From: Candidatus Woesearchaeota archaeon
GTDB lineage: Archaea > Nanobdellota > Nanobdellia > Woesearchaeales > UBA10107
Assembly (NCBI GenBank): GCA_016935155.1
Contig: JAFGRQ010000017.1
Span: 1 to 36,970 of the forward strand
Direction of reading: 5' to 3'
Length of the DNA stretch: 36,970 nucleotides
In this document: one piece after another, positions 34,997 to 36,970 of the stretch
Layout of the letters: each line of letters opens with the position of its first letter
How positions within the stretch are numbered: the stretch's first letter is position 1
Position numbers and translations under genes: made by a program
The notes under the pieces: generated by a model
The model's database searches: none
Seen by the model: the letters and a program-made list of their open reading frames with translations, nothing else
Told to the model about the DNA's origin: nothing

Positions 34997-35782
34997 ATGA
35001 AAAAATCAGTACTGGTTTGCCTTGTTTTTTTATTAACAGCATGTTCAAGTCAAATGGACACAGAAGTAAGGCCAGGCAATGATGGGTTTGTCATCGGAAC
35101 AGGAGACAATGCTATTTTGCTCACGCACGGGTTAAGTTCTTCTCCTCGTGAAGAAAGAGCGCTCGCAGAATATTTGGCAGCGAAAAATTTCACGGTTTAT
35201 GTTGTAAGATTAGAAGGACATGGAACAAGTGTCGAAGATTTGACAAGAACAAAATGGGAAGACTGGTACAAGAACTATCATGAAGCCTATTTGAATTTGA
35301 AGCAGGAAAAGCAAAAAGTTTATGTCGGAGGAATGTCTTTGGGAGGAGTTATTGCACTCAAATTAGCCGAAGACGAAAAAGTTGACGGCATCATCGCTTT
35401 AGCACCTTCATTGGTTTTGGATGATGAAAGATCAAAATACGCATGGTTTTTCAAATATTTTACAAAATACAGCTTGAGAAATATTTCAAAAGAGGACTTG
35501 CCATATAATTACGACAGATTCCCTATTTCTTCTGTTGCAGAAATGCTTGAAATGTCGGCTGTTGTGCAGGCGGATTTAAGCAAAATAGATGAACCTATTT
35601 TGATAATGCAGTACAGGGATGATTACAGAGTTAATCCTGCAAGTTCGCAGATTGTTTATGAGGGGGTTTCGTCCTCAAAAAAAGATTTGGATTGGATTGA
35701 AGGAAATGGGCATGTAATGATAACAGCTCCGGATAAAGAAACGCACTTCGGCAAAATATATGGGTTCATACGTAACCTTTAA
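34997..35782 (+). CDS. Alpha/beta-fold carboxylesterase/lipase, predicted lipoprotein
   Basis: Lipobox-like 'LLTAC'; 'LLTHGL', 'L.GHGT', nucleophile 'GMSLGG', 'DDYRV', 'GHV'; SD GAAGGAGG. Confidence 0.88.
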   Translation: MKKSVLVCLVFLLTACSSQMDTEVRPGNDGFVIGTGDNAILLTHGLSSSPREERALAEYLAAKNFTVYVVRLEGHGTSVEDLTRTKWEDWYKNYHEAYLNLKQEKQKVYVGGMSLGGVIALKLAEDEKVDGIIALAPSLVLDDERSKYAWFFKYFTKYSLRNISKEDLPYNYDRFPISSVAEMLEMSAVVQADLSKIDEPILIMQYRDDYRVNPASSQIVYEGVSSSKKDLDWIEGNGHVMITAPDKETHFGKIYGFIRNL

Positions 35783-35819
35783 ATACTAAATAAGCCTAAA
35801 AACAAAAAGGCATAGACAA

Positions 35820-36110
35820 ATGGAATTCCTGACAGGAGTAATATTCATTGCAAATTTCTTTTTAGCTATTATAGCCGGTTTAATCGCTGCCACTTTGTTT
35901 GAGATTTCAAAAGGAAAGCAGATTAAGCCTTGGAAACCTTTGGCTTGGGCGCTTATTTTCTTTGCGATAGAAGAAGTAATAAAAACGTTGCGGGCATTTG
36001 GTCTCTATGAAAACATATGGATAACTCACGTTATTCCATCAGTAATTGCAATGCTTTTGATTTATGCTGTTGCACTGCAGATGCTGGCAGTCAAGGAGGC
36101 TGAAAAATGA
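35820..36110 (+). CDS. Small 3-TM membrane protein
   Basis: Three hydrophobic helices; 'IKPWKPL..ALI.F..EE'; paralog of the next gene. Confidence 0.72.
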   Translation: MEFLTGVIFIANFFLAIIAGLIAATLFEISKGKQIKPWKPLAWALIFFAIEEVIKTLRAFGLYENIWITHVIPSVIAMLLIYAVALQMLAVKEAEK

Positions 36111-36418
36111 CGCTTGCTGAATCAGTAGCAATGGTTGCTCCTTATTACAATGCAGTTTTGATAATTATACTGTTCGTGATGTTTTTCAAGTTATTTTCAC
36201 ATGATTCGAGGAAGTTTGCCTACATCAAACCGTGGAAACTGCTTTTTGTTGCTCTTGTAATATTCCTCGCAGAGACGGTCATGACTGCACTGAAAATGCT
36301 TGGCTTGATTGATTATCCGTGGATTATCTTCGGATTTTTCGAAATGGCAATTATAACGTTGTTCATATACATGCTGCTGCTTCAGAAGCAGTTCATAAAA
36401 ACTGGGAAGAAGGATTAA
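36107..36418 (+). CDS. Small 3-TM membrane protein (paralog of 35820..36110)
   Basis: 'IKPWKLL..ALV.F..E'; ATGA-coupled; SD GGAGG. Confidence 0.72.
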   Translation: MTLAESVAMVAPYYNAVLIIILFVMFFKLFSHDSRKFAYIKPWKLLFVALVIFLAETVMTALKMLGLIDYPWIIFGFFEMAIITLFIYMLLLQKQFIKTGKKD

Positions 36419-36419
36419 A

Positions 36420-36674
36420 ATGGATTCAAAAGGACTATCTCCATTGACATCAACAGTTCTACTGTTGGTTTTATCAGTAATCATAGGAGTTGTCGTTATG
36501 ACTTGGGGAAAATCCTATGTTGAACAGGCAGCAGTGGAAAAGGCATATTCTGTTGAGACTGAAAAGCCGTCATCAATTCTGCAGGACTTGGATGAAAGAT
36601 TGCAGAGCGGTGAAATAACAAAAGAACAATATGATAAAATTAAAGCAGTTGTTTTAAGTCAGAATGGCAAGTGA
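36420..36674 (+). CDS. Archaeal type IV pilin-like protein (class III signal) with C-terminal SHOCT-like helix pair
   Basis: 'SKG|LSPLTSTVLLLVLSVIIGVVVMTW' pilin N-terminus; 'LDERLQSGEITKEQYDKIK' SHOCT pattern. Confidence 0.75.
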   Translation: MDSKGLSPLTSTVLLLVLSVIIGVVVMTWGKSYVEQAAVEKAYSVETEKPSSILQDLDERLQSGEITKEQYDKIKAVVLSQNGK

Positions 36675-36970
36675 GATTAGGTTAATTCTGTTTGATTTCG
36701 ATGGAACATTAGCTGATTCTTTTGATATTGTTCTTCAATCAATAAACGAACTTTCAGACGGGTTTAATTATAAAAAGATAAAAAATAATCCTTCTTTAAG
36801 AAAAAAGCACATGAAACAAATTATTGATGATTTGGGGATTTCAATGCTGAGATTTCCTTTTTATGTTAGAAAACTGAAGGAACTCGTGTTTGAAAAAATG
36901 CACGGTGCCTTTTTATTCAAAGGAGTGTCACCTTTGATAAAAAAGCTTCACAAAAATTATGTTGTTGGAA
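36664..36970 (+). CDS. HAD-superfamily hydrolase (phosphoglycolate phosphatase-like), 3' truncated by window edge
   Basis: Not in the ORF track. MASEIRLILFDFDGTLADSF... motif I DxDGT; 'LFKGV..LIKKL' later; frame open to the window end. Confidence 0.88.
   Translation, partial: MASEIRLILFDFDGTLADSFDIVLQSINELSDGFNYKKIKNNPSLRKKHMKQIIDDLGISMLRFPFYVRKLKELVFEKMHGAFLFKGVSPLIKKLHKNYVVG

Overview
AT-rich archaeal chromosome segment. Gene content and style (aEF-1A, aEF-2, L7Ae/S28e/L24e, BHB-type tRNA introns, mostly leaderless genes with a TATA box about 22-30 nt upstream, giant glycosylated surface proteins) point to a DPANN archaeon, probably Woesearchaeota/Pacearchaeota-like (inference). It holds the end of gltX, a 56-aa histone missed by the ORF track, four tRNAs (Ser-CGA, Glu-CTC, Lys-CTT with one intron, Ser-GGA with two introns), a rearranged translation cluster (rpl7ae-rps28e-rpl24e-ndk-fusA ... 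tuf-rps10), and two related 2,400-2,500 aa modular surface proteins, each translationally coupled to small ribbon-helix-helix regulator genes. The most striking unexplained pattern is two homologous free-standing LAGLIDADG endonuclease genes, each directly upstream of and co-oriented with a tRNA-Ser gene. Both carry the same 13-bp motif (CCACAAGACAACC) ending 40 nt before the start codon. The first cassette is also bracketed by copies of the tRNA 5' and 3' ends that can pair into an outer duplex. A tandem kink-turn is visible in the rpl7ae leader. All calls come from manual reading; no database searches were run.
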